The notes beneath the pieces were generated by a model. The model did not search any database. It worked only from the letters and a program-made list of their open reading frames with translations, and was not told where the DNA came from. Source: Tubiluchus corallicola (Eukaryota > Animalia > Priapulida). From it: a stretch of DNA of 64,000 nt. The stretch covers positions 558,001-622,000 of the forward strand of contig JAQGDQ010000052.1 in the NCBI GenBank assembly GCA_030141605.1. Direction: 5' to 3'. Position 1 is the stretch's first letter. Each line of letters begins with the position of its first letter. Positions 15,801 through 27,400 of the stretch are shown here, piece by piece. The position numbers and the translations under genes were made by a program.

Positions 15801-18800
15801 TTTCTAGAAGTCTAGTGTCACCAAGCAAAACTTTTTGTATATCTGTAAATAATATGTTATGCTTTGATACATCGGGTACTGATTTTTTGCAAAATTTCAT
15901 TAAAAAATTTGATGATTGTGGATTCATCCCATTATATTTTTTATATACATTAGCTTGCTTCGTTTTTTAATGCAGTCTATGTTTCCTACCAGTTGTGCCT
16001 AATATTTAACTTGTACAAAAATAACGTCTAGCCTCGTTAACTCGCCACTGTCCGTCTAGGGCAAATTTTTGGAGAGAGTCGAGTATGGCGAGATAACGGG
16101 AATATAACGAAGTTAGTCTATATGTATATACATAATAGTTGATTAACATAGTGTTCCTCTATGTACATATAAAATATATTTCGCATTATAATACCAATCA
16201 ACATTAAATCAGAAATGAAAAAATGTCATAAAAATAATCGTATAATGTTACTTTTTTATTGAAAAAACCTTTTTCGAGTATACACTTAAATGCAATAAAC
16301 TTAGCAAAAGATTTAGAAATGTTCACAAATGAGTTACTGACGACTGAAATAATTCAGAAGAGACGACTGTTTCATTGATGATACAAGCAAGCAGTCAACA
16401 CGACGTTTAATCAAACACAATCCTTGAATATCGTCGCTTGTGACTCTGTCAGACTGTTCAAAGTATCGCATCAGTGTGTCGACAGCTGCTGCTGCCTGGT
16501 CATTCGATACATGAGATGCGCCATGAGACACTTCTCGGCTAACAGTGTCACCAAATTTCGCACTAAATACAGTAGCAATTTCCTGCTGTGTCTTTGAAGA
16601 ATTATTCGTATGATAAATACAAATTTCCTTTTTTTGTTCAGGATTAAGACAAAACAGTTTTCGCTTCAGAGACATCATGTAAAGTTGCTCACACTTTGTG
16701 GAAACTCAAACTTAAACGCAGCTTTGGTGTTATAGAGTAAGGATATCGGTGACGCTTTAGTTTCTCTGTGCAGTAACCAACCACAGCACTCCTAATCTAA
16801 TCTTGGTGAGACACACACTAGATTAATTATGTCTGTCTATCGAGTACAGCAGCATTATCTACATACCGCGGTTATATTGATCGACACGCGGTATATGTAT
16901 TGATCGATTCACCTCTGAGTTTGTCTGTTTGGCGACATAACGAATATAGTTTACATAAGCACTCATCCTAGCATGACGTGGCGAGGGTGGTGACTTAACG
17001 AGGTAAATATCAAAGCAGGAAATCCGTCCTGGTACTTTCTATGGCGAGAGACGAGTTTGGCGGCATAACGAGGGGCGAGATAACGAGGCTAGACTGTACA
17101 ACAAATGATTAGTTATATCATACCGTTTCTTTCTTTCAATGGTTTTATTTATTTTAGGCTGTGCCAAACATATTTAGTGGCGGTATTGACATACTTGAAA
17201 TGTATCAAGCAAAACCAGAGACACTTGCTAACTACTGGAGGGCATTGCAGGAAATGTGGCTGAGATTATATGGTTCACGGCTGATTACTTTTGCTGCTGT
17301 TAATGTAAGTATCCGATGATAATTATTATTAGATTAGAAAAGTTACTAGAAACTATGATGAAGATAACATAATAATGCAGTTTTGTATAATTTTTATGCT
17401 TAGGGACATGCACCTGCAGGGGGTTGCTTGATGGCTATGTGCTGTGATTACAGAATCATGAGCAAAGGTTATACAATTGGACTGAATGAAACACTGCTTG
17501 GCATTGTTGCTCCTTGGTGGTATGTATGGAATACTGTCAGATTGTGTAGACTACAAGACCAGTCGAGTATTATGCATTAAGTGTAACACTCTAGCTTTTA
17601 ACTCCCCGACAGGTACATACATTTACCTGACATCTGCGACGGGCAAAAAATAAGCCTTATTAACTAAACGTTCGAACCTCCAAGTTCAATGAAACTTGGT
17701 TTAGAAATGGCTAACATATAAATAACTCATATAAGATCAAAATATTTTCTGTAGATTTCTGCATTTTCAGCATTTGAACAAGTTATTTGCAAACTAAAGG
17801 ATGAAAATTTTACTTTGCGCTTGTACAGCAGCTTAGCGTAAGAGACATTGATCTGCCCTGCTGCTCATTAGCTCAAACTATTATTAGCACACCAAGGTGA
17901 TTTTTGTTGCACCTGGGCATGTATTCACAGAATGTAACAGTTTTGTAAGCAAACTTAGTGTTTCATTTGTGCAATAACCACTCCAAAAACCTTGCCAGAG
18001 ATTTTCCCTGAAGTTATATTTGGCCCTGAAGACAGTGAATTTTGAATTATAATTCCTCTGAGTGCCTTGAGAATATGAAGCCTATTTCAGTATAATTAGT
18101 ATTCATTTATTTGCATTTTTATTATTTAAAAAATGCTACCATTTTGTCTTTTTTAAATTTGGAATGATTTCGCTGTTGGATCAGACTAACAGCTACAGGT
18201 ATTCGGCAGATTGGGACAGTAAAATGGTACATGCATGCCATGTAGTTACAATATGTGCTGTAGCTGCTGATCGATAAACTTTTGTAGCTATTGACTGACT
18301 GGTAATGTTGAAATGCAATGTAATACAACCAAACTATGAGCTCTAAACTTGGAAAAGAAAATTTAAGGAAAACATTTATGGCTTTTGTTCAAATGTACAA
18401 ATAAATTACCCGAGAAAAAAGACTGCTGTGAACTTTTTAATCAAAACTTTTCTTATGATTCATAACATATTTAAAATTTGGTTGGGTATAAATGTATTAA
18501 AACTCAATATTCTTTTGTCAAATTGTCAGGAGCTTGCCTTATTGCTAATTAACTTGTCGTCATAAACTGGGTGAAATTTCCTAAATTTAGTGGCTTCACA
18601 AGTTAAAAGTGTAGCATAAATCACAGAGTATTGCTTTAATATGACGCATTGCATTAGGGTAGCTAATTAAGTCCAGTGGCACACCACACCCCGTGTTACC
18701 TGCTGTGTTCCCAGACAATTTTTTTCATGTTGTCTAGTACCATCAATGGCCGATTCTGTTTCCTGCAAAGAGAAGGGAAGTTCTATCTACTGCGATCGCA

Positions 18801-20918
18801 TCTTACGCTATGTTTAGGTTGAGGAGATTGTCACTAAAATCTCAATTAAAAATTCCACCCCGGGAGAGTTGTAATGTTTGGTATTTAGTGTAACTGATGC
18901 AGTTCTAAGCTACAATTATGTAATGTAATTCAACTTTAAGGAATTCAGTCTATCACAAGACGTACCTTGTTTCAAAACTACAAAAATATTCGTTGTCGTG
19001 AAGGAGGTAACATGTAACTCTTGTTTTTTGTTTGCAACAGCCTGTCAGCCTTACATATTCCCAATTTCTTGCACTTGTGATTGATTCTACTACCTGTGCA
19101 TGATAATAAATATTCAGCTAATAAAATTTGTAGGCTTCTTATCTCTCAACCTGTGCAGGAAAATTTGTTAGTGCTACTTTCCAGTATTATGTTGTTCTCT
19201 GAGTTTCGGAATTGCCGTAAAGCATGGGGCAGGTAGTATAATTAGAGGCCTAGTACGAAAGTTAAGTTTTGTGGCATCAACCATTTTAATTGCAAAACAA
19301 ACAAATGTGGCTTAGTACTCCTATATTTTAACACAGTACAAGTAGCACAAAGCAAATATATGCAAGTATAATCTGAGATACATTGATGAGAAGTAGGTAC
19401 AGGTACGACATGTAAATTTTAAATTTTTAAAAACTCTTTTTAGTTACATTATCTGTTGTGTTGTTACTCAATTTCCTTTTTGTTGAATTAGGAATAAACT
19501 AATTCTTATTTGACATAGTCTTTGTAGTAAAATTCGTCATTGTTTTAAATAAAATTGCTTATTAGTAATTTGGTAAACATGCATCGATGTACACTTGCAT
19601 ACAAAACTCGCACAAATGTTCTTTCCTACTGAGCACTGATTAACACCATTTCAAAAGTGAATATTCTATTGCAAAATGTAAATCAAAAGCTGAAACACTA
19701 ACTGGTAAGTCTAGCCTATAGCAGCCATCATCTTGTTTTAGGTCTACTATCACACAATTGAAACAAAAACATAATGTATTCACTAGTAAGCTATCAAGCA
19801 AGCAATGTGACATATTCTTTCCATTCAGTGCATATAGGATCTATTTTAAAAACCACATTTGCTTGCATGCAGGACTGGAAGCCACTAATTTTAATCCCAA
19901 GAATTTGTTGGAAAGTTTGTGTGTCAATGCCAGTCATTATAATTGTAATTTCTCGTAAATTGCAGAATGATGTCATATGCCACACTGGCTTTTAATGTTA
20001 ATCGTCACATTTATCGTCAATTTCAAAAGCTACCACATTTCTGCCATTATAACATGTTGTGTATGCTGACCACACTTGTTGATGTATTAGTGACGTTGAA
20101 TCATCACATCTCTAGTGTATACTTGAGACATCGCAGTTCAAGTGAAATGTTTTTTTCATCAAAACACAATCGAATTTAGTAAACTGATTACAGATATTAC
20201 ACGTCTAGTTTTGCCAAATGCTGCGCACTTTTAGTGACCCAAATTCATCATTTTAATTTTTCTTCTAGGTTTAGAGATACAATGAAAAATACAATAGGTC
20301 ACAGACAAACTGAATTGTCTCTCCAACTCGGTAAATTATATAATTCAGAAGAAGCTAAAGAAGTTGGTTTGGTTGACACAGTTGTCAAATCAGAAATGCT
20401 GGAAACTGCTGTTAAAGAGGAGTTATCACAATGGTTAAAAGTTCCAGGTATGACGCCGATGTAACTAATTTACATGTAATTTTAAAAAAACGTGTAGCGA
20501 TTGTAAAGATACTAATTTGTGAAATCTCAGTTAGTGGAACACTAAATAAGTATTAGCCATTTAAGTGAGTACTTTTTGCCAGTAATTCAAACTTGCTTCA
20601 AGTCAACAAAATCATTTTAATCACTGAAATAGATGTTCACTGTGCAGTTTTGTGATTGATAACTAATAATAATGGGTGAGATGACCATTCAGCAACTGCA
20701 ATAATAATGATTGATCATTTATATTTCTGTTAACAGGTATGGCTAGACAACTGAGTAAATTGCAGACAAGGCAAGATTTAATCGAGAAAATGACTGAAAA
20801 ACGGGAAGAAGACATCAATTTTACAGTAGGCTTTTTGCAAATGGATCCCGTACAGAAGTCGCTGAGCAGATATATGGAGCAGTTAAAGAAGCGAAAGACA
20901 AATCGCGAAGGAGAGTGA
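12744..20918 (+). CDS. ECI1: Enoyl-CoA delta isomerase 1, mitochondrial (crotonase family), 6 coding exons
   Basis: Exons 12744-12876, 14938-15065, 17158-17304, 17404-17519, 20269-20447 and 20737-20918 splice in phase. Motifs: NKPPVNSL, IFSGGIDILEM, YWRALQEMWLRLYGS, NGHAPAGGCLMAMCCDYRIM, IGLNETLLGIVAPWWF. The N-terminus is Ser/Lys/Arg-rich, like a mitochondrial presequence. Confidence 0.95.
13115..14868. mobile_element. Kolobok-like non-autonomous DNA transposon, copy B (ECI1 intron 1)
   Basis: Termini (ctaa)AGGTCCAcTGACAC ... GTGTCATAGGACCT(tcaa). Homologous to 9908-11268. Confidence 0.7.
14938..15065 (+). CDS. ECI1: ECI1 exon 2
   Basis: VTTLALNKPPVNSLNLDLLTEIAEEISQLEDDKSTKAVVLTS. Confidence 0.93.
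16024..17096 (-). mobile_element. pogo/Tigger (Tc1/mariner superfamily) internally deleted element
   Basis: TIRs gtctagcctcgttaactcgcc (16026-) / ggcgagataacgaggctagactg (-17096), followed by TA. Subterminal ataacga motifs. Contains ORF 16334-16678. Confidence 0.85.
16334..16678 (-). CDS. Truncated Tigger/pogo transposase: N-terminal CENP-B-type HTH fused in frame to the C-terminal tail
   Basis: KRKLFCLNPEQKKEICIY..KTQQEIATVFSAKFG..VSR at the N-terminus; AAAAVDTLMRYFEQ..MKQSSLLNYF at the C-terminus; no DDE domain. Confidence 0.7.
   Translation of the reverse strand: MMSLKRKLFCLNPEQKKEICIYHTNNSSKTQQEIATVFSAKFGDTVSREVSHGASHVSNDQAAAAVDTLMRYFEQSDRVTSDDIQGLCLIKRRVDCLLVSSMKQSSLLNYFSRQ
17158..17304 (+). 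CDS. ECI1: ECI1 exon 3
   Basis: AVPNIFSGGIDILEMYQAKPETLANYWRALQEMWLRLYGSRLITFAAVN. Confidence 0.95.
17404..17519 (+). CDS. ECI1: ECI1 exon 4
   Basis: GHAPAGGCLMAMCCDYRIMSKGYTIGLNETLLGIVAPW(W). Confidence 0.96.
20269..20447 (+). CDS. ECI1: ECI1 exon 5
   Basis: FRDTMKNTIGHRQTELSLQLGKLYNSEEAKEVGLVDTVV..ELSQWLKVP. Confidence 0.95.
20737..20918 (+). CDS. ECI1: ECI1 last exon
   Basis: MARQLSKLQTRQDLIEKMTEKREEDINFTVGFLQMDPVQKSLSRYMEQLKKRKTNREGE*. Confidence 0.93.
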
Positions 20919-20942
20919 ATTTGCTTACATATCAGATATACT

Positions 20943-21090
20943 AATAAACTGCATGTAATAAACTGAATGTTAGTTTCACCAAGTAATATTTTTAGGTATT
21001 TGCAATTATTGGCTAGATATTTGCAATCATTACTCCTTGTAAAGCAGAAAGTATGCACAGAATTGTTGATGTTACAGAATTTTTTTTATT
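20943..21090. terminator. Facing polyadenylation signals of the convergent gene pair
   Basis: AATAAA on + at 20943-20948 and 20957-20962; AATAAA on - at 21085-21090 (tttatt on +). Confidence 0.55.
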
Positions 21091-21171
21091 TTTCACACTA
21101 GTTGATTAGTTTCATATATTTTTCAATCTTCAATGTTATTAACAGGCATACAAGATTAATAATTTTGTAAG

Positions 21172-21438
21172 TTAAAAATACTGCTCTGAAAACATATTGT
21201 ACAAAACACAAATAATGATCAGTAATATATTAACAGTTGATCTGAAAGCGTCTTCTTTTTTATCAGGTATTTCTTCGGGAATATTGATGGGTGGTTCTTG
21301 TTGTGTCACAATGATGTTTTCATCTTGCTTGGCTTTGAATATTAGAAATTTCTCATCTGAAAGTGCATCAGATTGTTCTTTGGAAACCACATTGGCCAAT
21401 TCTTTGTTGAAAAATTCCAGCTGCTCTGAAGTAAAACC
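21172..21438 (-). CDS. Otoancorin-like gene, last exon
   Basis: GFTSEQLEFFNKELANVVSKEQSDALSDEK...NILLIIICVLYNMFSEQYF*. Confidence 0.85.
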   Translation of the reverse strand, partial: GFTSEQLEFFNKELANVVSKEQSDALSDEKFLIFKAKQDENIIVTQQEPPINIPEEIPDKKEDAFRSTVNILLIIICVLYNMFSEQYF

Positions 21439-24400
21439 CTACCACAAAAAATAGCAATACAACTGCAAAATTGCCCTAGCATGCCTCAACAGTATACATT
21501 ATTATTAACAACAGTATTTATTATTATGCAGTAAAGGCAGGGGAGAGAATCAGTGTCATCAGATCATAGTGAAATGCTTAATTTCTAGTTACCTAGCTAT
21601 GAAAATCAGTGTCATCAGATCATAGTGAAATGCTTAATTTCTAGTTACCTAGCTATGAATACTTCACCAAATTCACCTGTTATTAATGTAATACATGATT
21701 TTGTATTTGTTGAACGATCTGGTTGTGCTGTCACATTAAAGTTAAGGTACTTATTACTTCTTATGACTTTAAAAAGCAATTTAAACAATTATTACTAAAA
21801 GTTACAAGCAAACTCACTAGTGGTTTATGCATATAAATTTCCAAAATGGTACATAATTTGCAAAATCTCACCTTCTCAAACATTTCTGGCGGCATGGCTC
21901 TAAGGGCACTTGGCTTTAATCCATCTATGGCCATTGGGGGAATTTCACGTAGTTGTTCTTCCTTCAGACCACCTGTTAAATTAAACAGAATACTCACCCA
22001 TGTTCAATAACCTTTACTGCTGAATCATTTTTGTAGAAGTAACAAAAACCCACTCAACATACTGTAAAAGTGACAAATTTACCAACTTTAAATGTTACAT
22101 AACGTTACATTAGCAAGATGCTACAATTATGAATAATTGGAAAAGCTAACGGTCATCAGAAACTATTCACTAATATACCATTACCATTATCTAATTTACA
22201 ACTTACCAGTAATCATTTTAGGATGCAGGTGAATAAGTATTTTGCCACAGTAAGTAAGCACAAAATGACACCGTATGGAAACTGACTCCTGCGTTACAGG
22301 GCCGCTTTGCTAAATTTAAAATATATTATTATGTGCACAGACACATGGGACTTGCAGGCTGCGATGTTCAAAGAGGGTCTTTTATCACTACAAGATGCTG
22401 AGACTACAGGATTTAAGAATATCTACCACATTATTTTAATTTTTTGTATGTTCATTTTTCATAGCGAATGTGGCAAAGCAGTTGTAAGGAAGGCCTCTTT
22501 TGATTACCTATAAGGAAAGTGTAAACGCCTCACCTGCCAATATACCCAAGGCAAGAAGGTCTGCACTTGTCCAGTTTTGCACGGGACCTAGAACATCAGG
22601 GTGTGTTGCTTTTTCAGCAAACTTTGTTAGCACACTGTAATCAACAACTTCTAGTTCAGCCAAACTGCTGCTTGCATCACTGAAACAACATAAACATGTA
22701 AATTCCTGTCTACATGTGCTTTTAACACATATACAAAATTACTCAAAATTAGCAGTTCCTACTAATCTAATTTTTTGTCACATCACATATCGCATAGTCC
22801 ATTGCAGCCTTACGAGGTGCAAGGCACTACAAGAAACAATTTTTGCAGCCCAAAATTCCAGCTAAAGTTTGCAGAATTATGAAAATATACAACTACAGGC
22901 TTTATATTTTTCTGACAGAATGGAAAGTAATTAAAACATGTACTTAAATGCGACTCAATAGACCAAACGGCTACATTTTAGATGAAGTTGCAACTAAGTA
23001 AGCCTGACAAGTAGCAAACAAAATGTGTAGACCGACACTGAAAATTACAAGGTTACAATATCCTCACTTTAATGGAAAAATGCAAATACAAATGAACAGC
23101 AGTATTTTTACAGCATGGAGATTGATACCACTTTGATTGAAATATCATTTTAACTTTTTTGCAATTGCAAAAAGACTTTGTGGACACCCTGTACTTGAGA
23201 TTTAAATCTGATTCTGTCTGACCATAGCCTCCTTTACGTTTTGCTAACGAGATGTACATATGTACAAAGATGCAGCACAGAGTAGTTTTATCACATGATA
23301 ATGTTGAAAAATTCTGCAGGTTTATATAAGTTTTGTAAGTATACTAACCATAGTTTTGTAAATTAGGACAAATAATGCAAAAATTGAGTATATACATATT
23401 CTTAATAATTTAAAGAAACAAAAACGTACACTTTTAAATCCACTTAAAATAACTAAAGTTTATGTACAGCCAAGCCTCTTTTATACCGCCTGCTTTGGGA
23501 CTGCAAAAAAGTTGTGCGTGTCTATGGAAATACAATCATTTTGCTTTGAAAATTATGGCATTAAGCTTGGCATTATAATGAGGTTTGACTTTATGAAAAA
23601 GTGCAGTTACAGGAGATGGTCCATTTAATAACTTCTGCTTTTCTCACAGCAAAAGTTGACCATATTGAAGGTTTAACAAAACAGTAAAAAATAGTGATGT
23701 AGACCTACGATAATGTGTCTACTAGGTAAATTTACAAAATGAATTATCTTTTAGCCTGCTTATTTGATAGGTACAAAAGCTGAAAACTAATGACAGTAAC
23801 AGTTGCAAAAATTGCCAGCTATCACTCTTTGCAATGCACGTTGTGGAAATAAGTCTACTCTCTAGTACAGGTCTAACTGAAAGAAATTGGCCCAAACAAC
23901 TTGAAGCCAGCTGGGGATAAAAAAGCTTGTGTTAATGCGGTTTTCATAGGGACTGATTACTAATAGCTGACTGATCATGATGCAAGCTCAACGACGAAGT
24001 TTAGCATCACCAACTGGGCGGCTTTTCCTTTCTGACTAAGAATTAATTCAACTAAATCCAAAATTGTTAATAGTGCATGGTTAAGTTTTATACTACACTC
24101 ATTCAGCAGGGTATTAACTTAGCACTAGAAATACTGAGATAACTGGTGAATACTGCATAATAATTTGCAAGCTTAGACAACCTAGATGTTGTCAAGTAAT
24201 CACAAGCACATTTGTCTATTAATCACTTACAGAAAAACTTCGTTCCTGATGTCACTGACTTGTGTTTCACTTAATCCGCTGATCAGATGCTGCATTGTAA
24301 TCAGATGATCTTTCATCAAGCTGGATGTATTGTGCACTGCCAAGCTCTCAATATAGCGAGTGGCAAGTATTGATTGCTAAAAATAGACAGGAAAAATTGT

Positions 24401-27400
24401 AAAAGACATGGTTCGACAAGACCACAAACTGATGCAAGACAGTTTTGTAAATAGAAATACTTCTGCAAGATGTGGAATACCTTATGCCTATGATATATCA
24501 AGGCACCCATCATCTGGCAAATGCTTCCAGCACCCAGCGTCTGGCATACGTGTCCAGCATCTGGCTGTCAGTATTGAGCATAAATCATTCGCCAGGTGAT
24601 AGAAACAAACGTCTGGCATACAATCTCCACGTTCTTCGCAGTAAAACAAAATGGACGAACATCAATTTATTTTTGTAATACTTTCTTTTTTTAGTGACTT
24701 ATTTGCGTAATATTTGGCAAGCATAGACAACTAGACAACATAGATGTCACTTAAACACAAGCAAATTTGTCATTAGCTAGTTGAGATATAGACGCTGGAC
24801 GCTGAATGCTCAAAAAAGACACAGTTTCTATTTCCAGGGTCCGCTCCCAAAAACGTTGATTTTACAAATCTAGCCTACATTTAGCGTGGAAGAAGCTAAT
24901 CATTTTCTTCCAAATCACTAGGGCTGAATAACGTCATATAAATTTGAACAATCTAAACTGGCTCCCACAAATAAATTTGCCTGCAAATGATAAGGCGGAC
25001 TTCCATATGAAAAACATTGTGTAAAGAAAAGTTCCTCTTCTAAGCCAGGTGCAGATGGCATTTCGTACAATATTGGAAAAAAAACTTTCAGCTGCACATT
25101 TGCATTTGGTGACTCTGTATACAAAGCTTCTTTTTTCTAATGATTCAACCCCACCAGAGTTCTGGGGAGCAAGCAGAATTTCTCTCATTTACAAAAAAGG
25201 TGATCTATCAATTTACGCCAATTACAGGATGATCGCTCTTTTTCTGTCATTGGGACATCAACTTCTGTCTGGCCGAATACTAGATTAATTCTTACTCAAT
25301 AATAATTTAATAAATCCGAACACACAGAAAAGTTTTATCAATGGCTTCAATGGTTGCCCAGAGCACATACAAGAGATGAGAGAATCACGCAACATAGTAA
25401 AGCCTTCAAGACGACTGTACACATAGCATGGTTTGACTTGGAAGATGCGTTTGGATCTGTTCATCATAACCTAATCAGATTTTGTTTGAAAAGATACAAA
25501 CTCCCAATTTCTGTTCAGTACATCTGCAATCTTTATTTGATACTTAGGGGAAGTGTGAAAACAAAAACATGGGCATCTACGGATATTAATTTCAAAGTGG
25601 TCTCCTATCACCACTAATTTTTTAAATGTATTTTAATCCAATTGTCGAATATCTTAAATCTAGAATTAATCATGGTTTTTGATGAACGACACCAGATACA
25701 TCATGCTGCCATATGTGAACCCACCAAAGAATCATGAACAAAATTATCCATAATACGAAATCCATGAACGTTAAACTGAAACCTTGCAAATTTAGGTCTC
25801 TGTCAACAATATTATGCACAGCAAGAGTTATTCCCTATTTCATAAATGATAGTTAAATTTGCTCGACACAAAATCATCCGCAAATGTTCCTCGAGCACCT
25901 TGAGTCGTTCACTAATAAAGAATCAGACGTTTATGAATATGTCCATAGAAAAATTGAGATATCTTTGCAGAATATAGATAAATCACTAGTATGCCCTGTA
26001 AAGTCAAGGTTTATAATGACTACTTCTTACGATCAATCCGGTTTTTATTTTCAGTATATGATTTGACTAGAACACAGTTAAATAATCTAGATGCTCTAGC
26101 TTTATGTTTCGTAAAAGAATGGCTGCACATGCCTTGATGTGGCACACCGGCAGTATTGCATTTGAAACAGACACTAAATCTTAAATCTCTATGTTGAACT
26201 TAGAATGTCATGCAACCCATTTTGCCAGTGCTCAGGGTCACAAACCCGAAGTTTCAGACCCTGCATCTAAAGAAGAAACAATGTCTTCAAGGGTCACATA
26301 ATTAGTTTTCCCACCATTTAATTATCTATAAGAGTATCCAAAACACATGTTGATAGCACAATTTCTGTCTTTCAGTCAACAAAATTGAACTGTATACGAT
26401 AACAATGGGTACCACATTGTTGATGCAACTTTTCAGCAAAAAGGAAAACATTTTTTGAGAAATTGTGCACAAAAATAACAAATTAACTCATTTTGTCGAC
26501 TAGTAACTTGTTTTACTTTAGACTTGAAAAGTTAGATGCAACCAAATTTAATTGTAATCAGTTGGCGTAGGCCACGTAATTGTCTTTGCCAAAAGTATAT
26601 GAACATGTAAATTGGAGCTAGTGCCCCTTGCTGCATTTTGTTTGCTCAGTGATTCCTCTTGGTTAAGCAACTTGAATAGGCTAATACTTATATCGGGTAA
26701 AGTACAAAAGCTGGTGAATGAAAACTACTCAATTCACTGATTAAAAAGCAGTTGCTGTTCTTGAATTAACACCTAAATTTTGTATCCTTAATGGCGAAAA
26801 CAGTTGAAAAATTGCTTATTAAACTGACCTTTTTTGACCATTAAAGGTCTCAAAAGCCTAAAATCAAGGAAAATATAAGCCATAGACCCCACTTGGCGGG
26901 TTACAGCGCTCTCTCAGACCTAGCTGTGTTTGTTCTGTTTGCCATGAGACCTCTACCTAAATAAACACAATTTAAGCAGTAAATAAATACTGCTTTTTGT
27001 TAACTCTAGATATAAAGCAGATGATGCCGTAAATAATACTCTTTTGACTGTAAGATCATTAGAGAATCGTCCGGTGTTTGCAAACACTCTTTTGCCAATC
27101 AAATTTAAGGTACTGTTCAACAGATCATACATAAATTTCTCTGGTAAACAAACTTCCCTGGTCTTACAAAATGTTAAACATGCAGTTCAATTTTCACCAG
27201 AATGGCAAACTCTATTTAATGTGGGTGCCACACATCTAAGACATGATTTGTATAAATTTTAATACCTATGTTTTAATAGATTTAATTATTTTTTTCATAA
27301 ATTTACTTTTACCCTTTTGATCCACAAAATGCTAATGTCTGTCATATAAGTGCTTATCTAAAATTTGTAATGTATAAGTTAACATGTATTTAATGCATGC

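Noticed and set aside
26960-27160. Open minus-strand frame EVCLPEKFMYDLLN..
   Set aside because: No compatible phase or donor. The exons 27836 and 24376 already join in frame.
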